From the NCBI RefSeq assembly GCF_006345805.1, contig NC_043005.1, forward strand, positions 55,428,001 to 55,492,000: DNA of 64,000 nt, in the 5' to 3' direction. The DNA is from Octopus sinensis. Its lineage: Eukaryota. A model generated the notes under the pieces. It saw only the letters and a list, made by a program, of their open reading frames with translations, did not search any database and was not told the origin of the DNA. Shown here one piece after another: positions 10,836 to 23,520 of this stretch; the stretch's first letter is position 1; each line of letters opens with the position of its first letter. The translations under genes were made by a program, and so were the position numbers.

Positions 10836-12737
10836 TAGTCAGTCCACCTGTGCATACCTTCCTTCTTGTGACACTTGTGAAGACCTGTTGAGACAAGTGA
10901 AAATCAAATCAAATCAAAAAATCAAAAAATCAAAACAAATCAAATAGATGAACATCAATGGAATTTGTATCTTTGTGGTACCAGTGCCGGTGGCACACAA
11001 GAAAACCATCCGAACGTGGCTGTAGCCAGTACCGCATCGACTGGCCTCCGTGCTGTGGGCACGTAACAAACACCATCCGATCGTGGCCGTTCGCCACCCT
11101 CATCTGGCACCTGTGTCGGTGGCACATAAAAACACCATCTGAATTCCCGGTAAGACGAGTCAGGCCATAACCCGTGGCCCCTACCAGGGATGTAGTCAGT
11201 CCACCTGTGCATACCTTCCTTCTTGTGACACTTGTGAAGACCTGTTGAGGCAAGTGAAAATCAAAACAAATCAAAATAGATGAACATCAATGGAATTTGT
11301 ATCTTTGTGGTACCAGTGCCGGTGGCACACAAGAAAACTATCCGAACGTGGCCGTAGCCAGTACCGCATCGACTGGCCTCCGTGCTGTGGGCACGTAACA
11401 AACACCATCCGATCGTGGCCGTTCGCCAGCCTCATCTGGCACCTGTGTCGGTGGCACATAAAAACACCATCCGAAGACCCGGCAAGAATAGTCAGGCCAT
11501 AACCCGTGGACCCTACCTGGGACGTGCATACCTTCCTTCTTGTGACACTTGTGAAGACCTGTTGAGGCAAGTGAAAATCAAATCAAAACAAATCAAAATA
11601 GATGAACATCAATGGAATTTGTATCTATGTGGTACCAGCCTCATCTGGCACCTGTGTCGGTGGCACATAAAAACACCATCCGAAGACCCGGCAAGACTAG
11701 TCAGGCTATAACCCGTGGTCCCTACATGGGACGTAGTCAGTCCACCTGTGCATACCTTCCTTCTTGTGACACTTGTGAAGACCTGTTGAGGCAAGTGAAA
11801 ATCAAAACAAATCAAAATAGATGAACATCAATGGAATTTGTATCTTTGTGGTACCAGTGCCGGTGGCACACAAGAAAACTATCCGAACGTGGCCGTAGCC
11901 AGTACCACATCGACTGGCCTCCGTGCTGTGGGCACGTAACAAACACCATCCGATCGTGGCCGTTCGCCAGCCTCATCTGGCACCTGTGTCGGTGGCACAT
12001 AAAAACACCATCCGAAGACCCGGCAAGAATAGTCAGGCCATAACCCGTGACCCCTACCTGGGACGTAGTCAGTCCACCTGTGCATACCTTCCTTCTTGTG
12101 ACACTTGTGAAGACCTGTTGAGGCAAGTGAAAATCAAAATCAAATCAAATCAAATCAAATCAAAACAAATCAAAATAGATGAACATCTTGTGAAGACCTG
12201 TTGAGGCAAGTGAAAATCAAAATCAAAATCAAATCAAATCAAATCAAAATAGATGAACATCAATGGAATTTGTATCTTTGTGGTACCAGTGCCGGTGGCA
12301 TACAAGAAAACCATCCGAACGTGGCCGTAGCCAGTACCGCATTGACTGGCCTTCATGCTGTGGGCACGTAACAGGCACCATCCGATCGTGGCCGTTCGCC
12401 AGCCTCATCTGGCACCTGTGTCGGTGGCACATAAAAACACCATCCGAGCGTGGCCGTCTGCCAGCCTCGTCTGGCACTGTCGGTGGCACATAAAAAAAAA
12501 AAACACCATCCGAGCGTGGCCGTTCGCCAGCCTCGTCTGGCATCTGTGTCGGTGGCACATAAAATCACCCACTACACTCTCGGAGTGGTTGGCGTTAGGA
12601 AGGGCATCCAGCTGTAGAAACCCTGCCAGATCTGACTGGCCTGGTGCAGCCTTCGGGCTCCTCAGACCCCAGTTGAACCGTCCAACCCATGCTAGCATGG
12701 AAAGCGGACGTTAAATGATGATGATGATGATGATGAT
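10836..12737 (+). mobile_element. Multimeric SINE-like array (family D): ~5 units of ~330-360 bp ending in one RTE-like 3' module and a (GAT)n tail
   Basis: Unit starts (tagtcagtccacctgtgc) at 10836, 11193, ~11524 (deleted), 11734 and 12066. The terminal module is ggaagggcatccagctgtagaaac...gcatggaaagcggacgttaaa(tga)n. Confidence 0.85.
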
Positions 12738-12854
12738 ATATATACCAGACTACCCGTAACCTGTTGGGTCACCAGGAAACTTCCCAGAAACGGAATTTTG
12801 TTTTGTGGGTATTTTCTTTTCCAGGTTATTTTGCATGCTTCCAACAAATGTGAC

Positions 12855-13390
12855 ATCAAAAGGTTACAGTTTCTTCCCTTTCAGGATGAAGTTAAATTCA
12901 GAACATTTTTCCATTATGCACTGTTTTGGGTATTTATACCCCCAAACCCCAAATATCTCAATAACTACTGCTCCAATTTATGCGAAACTTGTTTCATTCC
13001 ATTCATATTAACATTTCAGAGTAAAGTTAATTCATAGAATTTTCCCATTATGCTCCTGTTTGGGTGGGTAACATTGCAAGCAAGCAAGTAAGATTCAAAC
13101 TAACTTTTAATGTATTATATATATATATGTATAAAACATTAAAAGTGGGCTTGAATCTTCCTTGCTTACTTGCAATCTTACCCAGCTAAACTTGTGCATA
13201 ATGGGAAAATACTATGAAGTAAATGGCCCCTGAAATGTGAATGCGAACGGAATAAAACAAGTTTTGTGTAAATCAGACAACTGGTTATTGAGATATTAGG
13301 GGTTCGGGGGATTTAAATACTCAAAACAGTGCTTAAGGCCAATTCTCCAAACATAACTTCACCCTGATAGGGAAGAAACTCTTACCTTTC
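12855..13390. repeat. Diverged ~260-bp inverted repeat centred on (TA)n at ~13115-13132
   Basis: Matching segments include agtttcttccctttcagg / cctgatagggaagaaact, aatatctcaataac / gttattgagatatt and ttttcccattatgc / gcataatgggaaaa. Confidence 0.85.
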
Positions 13391-14288
13391 AATTAGACAC
13401 AGTGACTAGACAATGAAAAAATACGATTTGTTTTTTATAGTAAATGTTTCTATTTCTGTGTTTGTTATACACAATATTTTAATCATTTAGAAATATTTAT
13501 AAGAGAATGTGATTTCAAAAATGTAAGTTGTTTGTACAGTAAGTATTTATATTTTAGTTTTCTTTAAACAGACAATATTTTAATGTTTTTATTAAATTAT
13601 TTTCAAGTAAATATCATTTCAAAAATTTGTTTTAGTATTTTTAAAAAGACCCATTCATAAACTCAGCGTGAAATAATTTTTTCCCATAAATTTTTTCAAG
13701 TGCATTCAATATAACTCACCTCCAGTGACTCAGCTGCTATTTCTAACATGCCCTGTTACCATGTAATAGCTATTTGCGATAAAGGACCTAAAATACCTGT
13801 TACATGGTAGCAGGGTGTGCAAGAAATAGCAGGCAAATCTCTCCTTCGAAGTGCTCAAGAGATTACAACTTGGTCATCACACAGCACTTATAGATTACAT
13901 TTTTGTGGAGACAGGAACCTGCAAGAGGGCATGATTCAGATGTACAACATTTGCAAGTTTTTTCTATTTGTTCTCTGGTTGGGATTTACAATTAGTGATG
14001 TTGATGTTGGTTGGTTTGTTGTTAGTGGGAGAGAATCCATATTGGAATTTATATTAGTATTGGATTGGAAAGTTGTAATAGAATTAGTATTTGTTGTCGC
14101 ATAGGTAGGTTTGTGGTATGTTTTGAAAACTCCATCTATCTTATTTGAGATATCGTTTTCTTTTATGTAAGTTGGACAGTATATTCTTAATTTTCACACA
14201 TTTACATTTTTCTCTTTGATTAAATACATCTTTATGTGTAAATAGATGTACCTAGCTTGCTTGTTGTTGCTTTATTTATATGTGTGTG

Positions 14289-14340
<52 letters not shown>

Positions 14341-14427
14341 AAGAAAACAGAAAATGGAGATAACATTTATGAACAATAACTCATTTGCATCAGTTATTAT
14401 TTATTAATGATTTACAAAAAGACTGCA

Positions 14428-14549
14428 TCCCATCTAACAGCTGTTTCTGCTGCCAGTGTTCTTTGGAATTACCATTATGATGCTAAGAGAATATTTATCA
14501 TAGTTTGTAATAAAACCAATTTGAATCATGGGGCTTCATCAGAGTGGGA
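14428..14549 (-). ncRNA. Type-I hammerhead ribozyme motif
   Basis: Minus strand TCCCACT-CTGATGA-A-GCC..(~75 nt)..GGCAGCA-GAAA-CAGCTG-TT-AGATGGGA. The core is intact, stem III is palindromic and stem I has 7 bp with one bulge. Stem II closure is imperfect. Confidence 0.6.
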
Positions 14550-14879
14550 AAATAAATAAGAAAAAAGAGACAAGAAAAGGAGAAGGAAAAGTTGAATGTG
14601 GTGAGAGCCATGTCATGTTGCATGTAGAGCCATTGGACGATAAGTAAATGACCAAAATTCAAAATAAAAGGGGTATTTGATAGAATATTCTTATGCAAGG
14701 GGCATAAGTTATAAAAATCATAGCTATTTGTACAAACAAGATAAGTCAAAAGAGGAATAAAATTACAATAAAGTGTTAGTAGTAATAATTATATTTATAG
14801 TACTAAGTAATAGTATTTATAATAAATTGCTTATTTATTTGATATAATTTTTCACTTACTACTAGTAGGCATTTCAGTC

Positions 14880-14970
14880 AATCCACCTATTGTCCAAAGT
14901 AGGTAGACCATGGACCACTGCCAGATATAATTGGTCAGTTAGGATTTGGAAGCAAAAGACTGGCTATTAA
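14880..14970 (-). pseudogene. Possible Penelope-like RT fragment
   Basis: The minus frame reads LPNPN*PIISGSGPWSTYFGQ*VD, resembling the P.RPIISG.G motif of Penelope RTs if both stops are point mutations. It lies close to the hammerhead motif. Confidence 0.3.
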
Positions 14971-15047
14971 TAAACCATTATTCTATGGGGTAAATATACG
15001 AATGCTATATGTTATAAGGGGCACAGAGCCATTTAAGGTAATATAAA

Positions 15048-15151
15048 TATAAAAATATAAATAAAATAAAATAAGACTAATAAAATAAGAAGAAGAATTA
15101 GAATATTTAGAAAATTTATTAGACTTATTTTATTTTATTTATATTTTTATA
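15048..15151. repeat. AT-rich 37-bp inverted repeat
   Basis: tataaaaatataaataaaataaaataagactaataaa / tttattagacttattttattttatttatatttttata, with one mismatch. Confidence 0.8.
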
Positions 15152-15174
15152 TATGACATGGAGAACTGGAAGCC

Positions 15175-15602
15175 ATCAGAATATTAGAAAAGATTTACTT
15201 GTATTGTGATGATTCGCACTAACTATCAAAATGATTGCAGCTCTGAGCACACTGTAAAGGCAGTAAGACATGATATGGACATCATAAAAACCAAGTTCCT
15301 CCAAAGTGTGATGGTCTTTTGTTATTGTCTCCAGCAAGGGTAATACATCTTTGAATAGAGACCTAGGCTCAAATCAGACAGCTATGTGAAGCTACTGGAG
15401 ACTGTGGTCAATCTCTGGCTGGGCTGCTGCTGGAAGGCCATATATTTGGCAACAGGAATCAGATCCTTGCCATACCTTTGGAAAGAGTCAAAGGTAGTTG
15501 TCAGAGAATTTCTAAGTCTTTAACAGTCCTAATTCCTGGCTTCTTAATTTCCTTCAGTTGCAACCTTATGGATTACTATGTGTGGGGTGCAGTTGAGAAA
15601 GG
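15175..15602 (+). pseudogene. Tc1/mariner (maT/DD37D-like) transposase relic
   Basis: Broken frames give TKFLQSVMVF, YVKLLETVV, GRPYIWQQESDPCHT and CNLMDYYVWGAVEK, i.e. degenerate WQQDSAP.H and SPD.NP.DY motifs. Confidence 0.75.
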
Positions 15603-16139
15603 CATATTATGGTTATACCAACAAGCTGAATTGTTAGCAACTCGTTGACGCTACACCGAAGAAGCCAGGGAACAGAAGAAAGAAGACATGCACCCAACAC
15701 CAGAGCTGAAGACACCTCCGAAAGGAGGGGGCCCCGCCACGTCAAAACGGTAAAGGACTAGAGGCCGAAAACGGACATGTTTCTTCCTGATGATGTCTTG
15801 AGCTAACTGGATCCTATAAAGCAGCTGTTGTCATAGCAGACCACGAAACATGGTTGTAATTCCTCAGATACCTAAATGTTCCAGCGACTTAATGAGCAAG
15901 CTTACTTTATTTACATTAATTAACATTAATTTACATTAATATACACATGTATTGTATAATGCTGAACAGACTAATTAATGCAAATGTGAATGCATAATTT
16001 CTTCCATACTGAAATTTAAATTACATGAAGAAAGTTGTGAAACGGCCATGATCCTATGGTAGTCATAAATATAATTCACTGCTCATTCCTCCTGACTTTA
16101 TGTTTTTACATACACTTCATGAAATAATTTTAGTGCTCA

Positions 16140-16555
16140 GAAAGGCAGCAAGCACTTAGGGCGAAATGCTTGGTGATATTTCGTCTGTCTTTACGTTCTG
16201 AGTTCCAATTCCACCAAGGTTGACTTTGCCTTTCATCCTGTCAGGGTTGATAAATTAAATACCAGTTATGCACTGGAGTCGATGCAATCGACTTAATCCC
16301 TTTGACTGTCATTGTTTGTTCCTCAATGTTTAGCCCTTGGTGGGCAATAAAGAAATAAGAAACTTCAGCATGTAGGGTGAAATGCTTAGTGGTATTTCAT
16401 CTGTCTTTACGTTCTGAGTAAATTCCACCAAGGTCAACTTTGCCTTTCATCCTTTTGAGGTCGATAAATTAAGTACCAGTTGTGTACTGAGGTTGATCTA
16501 ATCGACTGGCCCCTTCCCCAAAAATTGTAAGCCTTGTGCCTAGAGTAGAAAAGAA
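16140..16555 (+). mobile_element. Two tandem family-B SINE copies
   Basis: Repeated gaaatgctt.gtg.tatttc.tctgtctttacgttctgagt...actttgcctttcatcct...gataaattaa.taccagtt at ~16160 and ~16378. Confidence 0.85.
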
Positions 16556-16689
16556 TTTTAGTACTCAGATTTTCTGAACTTCCAGTTATTTGGACACACT
16601 ATATTACACTTCTTTCTAATTGATTATTATGTAGACTGATAGTCAAGTCTGTAAGAGGAGCTTCCTGAGATTGCCCCATGAATCTCTGA

Positions 16690-16830
16690 ATGTGGCACCA
16701 CATGGCTGCTTTTACATGGCACTGCACAGGTAATTTTACATGGCACAGTATGGATGCTTTTATGTGATGCTGCACAGGTACTTTTACATGGCACCATACA
16801 TGGACGTTTTTTACAAGGCACCACAATGAA
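16690..16830 (-). repeat. Degenerate ~20-30-bp tandem repeat (ttttacatggcac...) related to the family-D subunit
   Basis: Recurrent cttttacatggcac; its reverse complement gtgccatgtaaaag resembles gtggcacgtaaaaagc. Confidence 0.6.
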
Positions 16831-16873
16831 TGCTTTACGCAACCAGAAGGATTAGTCTTAACACTTCTACACA

Positions 16874-16907
<34 letters not shown>

Positions 16908-17230
16908 CACACAAACATATTTGTTTTTAAGCATATTTTCTTTTTCTGTCACTGGTAACTTCTGTGAGAAATCTCAGAAGCTTGCAGCCGATTCTTATGA
17001 CTGCGAAAGATGAAGGGACCAGACAGAAATCCTTGTATAATTTCAAGTTTGTAATAATTTCCCAAAGGAGTTAACAGCTGTATTGTAATTCTACAATTTG
17101 AAAGGTTTATTTTTTTTTAATATTTTGTCTCTGTTTATTTATTTTTTCTTGTATTATTCTTGTTGCTACTACTATTGGTGCTTGTTGTTGTTGTTATTGT
17201 TGTTGTTCTCTTCTTTTGCTACTACTACTC

Positions 17231-17262
<32 letters not shown>

Positions 17263-17728
17263 GATGCTGCTGTTGCTGCTACTACAACTACTACTACTAC
17301 TACTACTACTACTGTTGCTGCTGCAGCTGCTGTCACTGTTACTGCTGCTACTACTACTACTACTTCCCCTCCTCTCATACTATCTTCTTCCCCCTCTTCC
17401 TTTTTCTACACCTCACTGCTTCCACAACTCCTCACCTCCTCCTGCTCCTCTGCCTCCCCCTCTCGTTCCCCCCTCTTCCTTTCCCCCTCCTCTCATTCTG
17501 CATTGCCATTGTTTCAAGCATCTTTTACTTAATCCTCTTGGGAAAATATCATTGCTAATCTATGACTCCAAAAACATTCACACAACTGCACTTTATATCT
17601 CTGTATCTTTACACCTCTCATTACTATCTCACAGATGCACAACCTTACCAGATTCACTCTCTGGGGGATTTCTTTAACCCACTAACTATATTTCTTACTT
17701 TGATCTGTGTAATTTTTTTCTTATAATC

Positions 17729-17889
17729 TGGCGTGGCTGTGTGGTAAGAAGCCTTGCTTCTCAACCACATGTTTTCAAGTTCAGTCCCACTGTGTGACAC
17801 CTTAGGCAAGTGTCTTCTAGTATAGCCCCAGGCCAACCAAAAGCTTGTGAGTGGATTTGGTAAATGGAAGCTGAAATAACACTATTGTG

Positions 17890-17964
<75 letters not shown>

Positions 17965-18179
17965 GTCTATTTGTCTGTCTGTCTGTCTGTCAGTTTATCT
18001 ATATGTGTATATATATATGCACAAGTGTGGCTGTGTGGTAAGAGGCTTGCTTTCCAACAACATGGTTCTGGGCTCAGTTCCACTGCATGGCACTGTGGTC
18101 AAGTGTCTTCTGTAATAGCCTCAGGTTAACCAAAGCCTTATGAGTGGATTTGGTAGATGGAAACTGAAGGAAGCCTTGT

Positions 18180-18217
<38 letters not shown>

Positions 18218-18692
18218 TGTATAGATCTATGTGTGTGTGTCTTTGTGTCTACTGTGTTTGTTCACCTCGTCACAGCTTGACAACTAGTGTTGGTGTGTTT
18301 ATGTCCCCATAACTTAGCAGTTTGGCAAAAGAGACTGATAGAATAAGTGCCAGGCTTAAAAGAAAGACACCACCAAAATAAGTACCAGGCATCAAAAATA
18401 AGTACCGAGGATCGAATTGTTCAACCAAAACCCTTCAAAGCAGTGCCCCAGCATGGCCACACAAGGCAAGTAAAAGATAAAAGAGAAATGCATGTGTGTT
18501 TGTCTTTACATTTGTGTTTGTCACCCTCCATCACTTGATAACGAGTGTTGGTTTGTTTACATCCCTGTAAACCAATGGAGTAAGTACCTGGCTTAAAAAT
18601 AAATACTGGGGTCAATGTGTTTGACTGAACCTTCCAAGGTAGTGCTCCAGCATGGCTGCAACCCAATGAGCAAAACAAGTAAAAGATAAGAG
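17729..18692 (+). mobile_element. Cluster of family-A SINE pieces separated by (CTAT)n and (TA)n
   Basis: Heads at ~17729 and ~18022; 3' halves at ~18240-18480 and ~18495-18690. Confidence 0.8.
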
Positions 18693-18805
18693 ATAAGTTG
18701 GCAGTGAAGAAATATTCCAGCAACATAATCTTCCAAAGTATTTACAAAGTTTACATAGCTGTCTTCTATTGCATTTTTATAAAATCCTGTTTATATCTTT
18801 ATACA

Positions 18806-19403
18806 AACTGGCACATAAAAAGCACCTTTCGAGCACTGGGCCTCACGGAGGCAATATGATCAATGCTGGTGGCACATGAAAAGCACCTTTTGAGCATTGG
18901 GCAATGTGGCCGATGCTGGTGACATGTAAAAAAAGCATCTTTTGAGTGTTAGGCCTCACTGAAGCAATGTGACCAATGCTGGTGACATGTAAAAAAAGCA
19001 TCTTTTTAGTGTTGGGCCTCATGGAGCCAATATGATCGATGCCAGTGGCACATGTAAAGTACCTTTTGAGTGTTGGGCAATGTGACCAATGCTGGTGACA
19101 TGTAAAAAAAGCACATTTTTAGTGTTTGACCACATGGAGGCAATGACACGACTGAAACTTTTGTCAATATGCTGTGCTTCAGAAGAAGACCCATCAAGCT
19201 AAATGAAATCATAGTCGTGGCAGATACTAGTGTCATGCAATTGGCACTCATGCTGGTGGCATGCAAAAGCACCCATTACACTCTTGGAGTGGTTGGTGTT
19301 AGGAAGGGCATTCAGCCATAGAAACCATGTCAAATCAGACTGGAGTCAGGTGCAGCCCCTCAGCTTACCAGCCCTGGTCAAACTGTCCAACACATGCCAA
19401 TGG
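18806..19403 (+). mobile_element. Older family-D element with ~45-60-bp subunit repeats
   Basis: Repeated gctggtg(g/a)cacatgtaaaaa.gca.c.ttt.gag subunits, followed by ggttggtgttaggaagggcattcagcc. Confidence 0.75.
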
Positions 19404-20147
19404 AGGTGCAACCATACCGAATTGCGTCCCAATCTCCCATAGCAGTACAGTTTACAGTGGGTGGCCCTGCTGGATCTAGGATGATATGGCTGAGATGTAC
19501 GAAGAGCGTCGATCATCATTAATTGTGTCTGTTCATTGGTGGTGCTTTTTCTGCATTTGAGGCTGACTGGAGGTATATTATCATCTCTGGGTGACCCTGT
19601 TTGTGTTCTGGGTTATCCTGCTTGTGTGTTATGTATGAAACTGTGCTCCCTGTCTGTAGGATGCAGAGAGTGTCTACCTTCTTCACACACTCTCTTTCTT
19701 CCTTCTTCACACACTCTCTTTCTTCCTACCTGCTTTTCTCCAGCCTTCTCTACTCCACTCTGTTTGTCTCTCTTCTATCACTTATTGGTACCAAAAGACT
19801 ATCCAATTTTTATCACCCATCCTTTTTTTACTTGACCTAGGTAAAATATATTTTTTCATCTCCTGCCTAGTATTCACTTCAGACCCCCAGTTTGTCTTAT
19901 CTTTTTACTTTTCATTCTTTTCTTCCCTTCTATCTTCTCTTCAACAATCTCATCTTTCTATCCTTCTCCTGAACTCATCATACCTTTGGAATACAAGCAC
20001 CACTATTTTCTTTCTTTTTATGTTAGTTTTTGTCACACTGTGTCCCATATTTTGAAATACTTACAATTTGTATATTTATTGCTTATGATTGCTTCACTTG
20101 ACATGTTTCTGAAATTAAGCAATTTAATATACAAAATATATTTTACA

Positions 20148-22248
20148 GGCCATCATGCTGTGGGCACATAACAAACACCATCCGATCGTGGCCGTTCGCC
20201 AGCCTCATCTAGCACCTGTGTCGGTGGCACATAAAAACACCATCCGAAGACCCGGCAAGACTAGTCAGGCCATAACCCATGGCCCCTACCTGGGACGTAG
20301 TCAGTCCACCTGTGCATACCTTCCTCCTTGTGATACTTGTGAAGGCCTGTTGAGGCAAGTGAAAATCAAAATCAAAATCAAATCAAAACAAATCAAAATA
20401 GATGAACATCAATGGAATTGTATCTTTGTGGTACCAGTGCCGGTGGCACACAAGAGAAAACCATCTGAAAGTGGCCGTAGCCAGTACCGCATCGACTGGC
20501 CTCCGTGCTGTGGGCACATGACAAACACCATCCGATCGTGGCCGTTCGCCAGCCTCATCTAGCACCTGTGTCGGTGGCACATAAAAACACCATCCGAAGA
20601 CCCAGCAAGACTAGTCAGGTCATAACCCATGGCCCCTACCTGGGACGTAGTCAGTCCACCTGTGCATACCTTCCTTCTTGTGACACTTGTGAAGACCTGT
20701 TGAGGCAAGTGAAAATCAAAATCAAAATAGATGAACATCAATGGAATCTGTATCTTTGTGGTACCAGTGCCGGTGGCACACACTTTGTGGTACCAGTGCC
20801 GGTGGCACACAAGAGAAAACCATCCGAAAGTGGCCGTAGCCAGTTCCGCATCGACCGGCCTCCGTGCTGTGGGCACGTAACAAACACCATCTGATCATGG
20901 CCGTTCGCCAGCCTCATCTGGCACCTGTGTCGGTGGCACATAAAAACACCTTCCGAAGACCCGGCAAGACTAGTCAGTCCACCTGTGCATACCTTCCTTC
21001 TTGTGACACTTGTGAAGACCTGTTGAGGCAAGTGAAAATCAAATCAAATCAAAATAGATGAACATCAATGGAATTTGTATCTTTGTGGTACCAGTGCCTG
21101 TGGCACACAAGAAATCCATCCGAACGTGGCCGTAGTCAGTACCGCATCGACTGGCCATCGTGCTGTGGGCACATAACAAACACCATCCGATCGTGGCCGT
21201 TCGCCAGCCTCATCTAGCACCTGTGTCGGTGGCACATAAAAACACCATCCGAAGACCCGGCAAGACTAGTCAGGCCATATCCCATGGCCCCTACCTGGGA
21301 CGTAGTCAGTCCACCTGTGCATACCTTCCTCCTCGTGATACTTGTGAAGGCCTGTTGATGCGCAAGTGAAAATCAAAATGAAATCAAAACAAATCAAATC
21401 AAATCAAATCAAAACAAATCAAAATAGATGAACATTAATGGAATTGTATCTTTGTGGTACCAGTGCCGGTGGCACACAAGAAAACCATCCGAACGTGGCC
21501 GTAGCCAGTACCGCACCGACTGGCCTCCGTGCTGTGGGGCACGTAACAAACACCATCCGATCGTGGCCGTTCGCCAGCCTCATCTGGCACCTGGGTCGGT
21601 GGCACATAAAAACACCATCCGAAGACCCGGCAAGACTAGTCAGGCCATAACCTGTGGCCCCTACCTGGGACGTAGTCAGTCCACCTGTGCATACCTTCCT
21701 TCTTGTGACACTTGTGAAGACCTGTTGAGGCAAGTGAAAATCAAAACAAATCAAAATAGATGAACATCAATGGAATTTGTATCTTTGTGGTACCAGTGCC
21801 GGTGGCACGTGGCACACAAGAAAACCATCCGAACGTGGCCATAGCCAGTACCGCATCGACTGGCCTCCATGCTGTGGGCACGTAACGAACACCATCCGAT
21901 CGTGGCCGTTTGCCAGCCTCATCTGGCACCTGTGTCGGTGGCACATAAAAACACCATCCGAGTGTGGCCGTCTGCCAGCCTCGTCTGGCACCTGTGTCGG
22001 TGGCACATAAAAAACACCATCCGAGCGTGGCCGTTTGCCAGCCTCGTCTGGCACCTGTGTCGGTGGCACATAAAATCACCCACTACACTCTCGGAGTGGT
22101 TGGCATTAGGAAGGGCATCCAGTTGTAGAAACACTGCCAGATCTGACTGGACTGGTGCAGCTTTCGGGCTCCCCAGACCCCAGTTGAACCGTCCAACCCA
22201 TGCTAGCATGGAAAGCGGACGTTAAATGATGATGATGATGATGATGAT
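20148..22248 (+). mobile_element. Second multimeric family-D array with the same terminal module and (GAT)n tail
   Basis: Unit starts at 20298, 20648, 20971, 21303 and 21673 after a 5'-truncated first unit. The terminal module is nearly identical to 12560-12737. Confidence 0.85.
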
Positions 22249-22663
22249 ATATACTGCACATTATACATTTAATTCAAATCAAAAATATACAAATGTATAT
22301 CAGTTTTTTTTTGTTTTTTTTTTTTGAAGTGTGATGAATTTTAAAGTTTTTTAGTATCTGATAACAATGTTGAACAGGTGAGTTTTAATAAATTAATAAA
22401 AAATAATTAAGAGAAACCCTACTTTTCTAATTTAAAATTGTTAATCCGCTTGTACATTTTGAATTTTTTCCTTTATTATCAGTTCTGTGTACCATGTTAA
22501 GTCCACCAGAAGCAAAAATAAGGAAAATTTCAGATTTCTTTGGCATTGCATCATGTCAAGAGAATGTAGGACCTTTGGAGATTGTAGAGATGCGATTCTG
22601 TAAAAAAACATCTGACATCTGATTGTTTAGAGAAACTTCAAATGTAACTGTTACCAACTTCTC

Positions 22664-23520
22664 TTGAAAATCAACAAACTTTTTCATCGTGCCGTAATCA
22701 AATACCTGCAGAAGAAGTGTTTAGCTCTCAAGAACATTCATGCTGACATGGTCGATACATTAGGGGATGATGCTCCAGCATTATCAACAGTACAAAAATG
22801 GCAGCTGAATTTAATAAGGGAAGAGAGAGTCTTGAGAAGATCCATGGTCTGGACGTCCTGCAGCTGCCACCACCGAGGAAAACATTGATCATGTTTACCA
22901 CATGGTGATGGATGACAGGTGATTGACTATAAAGCAAATAGTCCAACGTTATTAGCATATCCCATGAGAGTGGAAAAGATTCTGCACAATGAAATTAGCA
23001 TCACAAAGGTTTGTGCTTAGTGGGTGCCACATCTTCTGACACTTCATCAAAAATGCACCAGACTGATCACATTATGGGAATATGTGATAGTGTTTGAGAC
23101 AGATCCAACTTGTTTCCTTGAATGTTTTCTAAGCAAGGATGTGTGTTTGGCTTCATCAGAAAGAAAGAGGCAATCCATGCAGTGGAAACACTCCATTTCA
23201 CCTGCTCCAAAGAAAGCAACGTCATTTTGTCTACAGGGAAGGTAATGGCCTCAGTTATTTGGAATGCAAAAGGCATTGTACTTGTTGACTATCTTCAAAA
23301 TGACTACACCATCAATGGAGATTTCTATACCAAATTGCTAAGGTAGTTATGAAAGGCTGTCAAGACCAAATGCCCAGAAAAACTGATGAAGGGGGTCTTG
23401 TTTCATTAGCACAATGCTTCAGCACACAAGTCCTTGGTTTCAATAGCGTGACTGGCTTGAACTGGTTGATCACCCTCCCTATTTTAGTGATTTGGTTCCG
23501 TTTGACTACAGTGTGTCTCC
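22664..23520 (+). pseudogene. Mariner transposase pseudogene
   Basis: HRAVIKYLQKK..., WVPHLLT, KVMASVIWNAKGIVLVDYL...TINGDFY and HPPYFSDLVPFDY (YSPDL motif) in broken frames. Confidence 0.9.

Noticed and set aside
11690-11760. Possible HDV-like fold at the array unit junction (gactagt...ccc ctacct ggg acgtagtc ag)
   Set aside because: Some P1/P3-like pairing exists, but there is no convincing P2 or J4/2 and L3 is non-canonical.
10836-12737. CRISPR-like repeat-spacer appearance of the arrays and of 2057-2255
   Set aside because: The intervening sequences are themselves repeated rather than unique spacers, there are no cas genes, and the context is eukaryotic.
10930-22225. Repeated 70-130-aa ORFs (MEFVSLWYQC..., MLWARNKHHP...) resembling a peptide gene family
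   Set aside because: They arise from the family-D repeat units, and indels between units shift frames freely.
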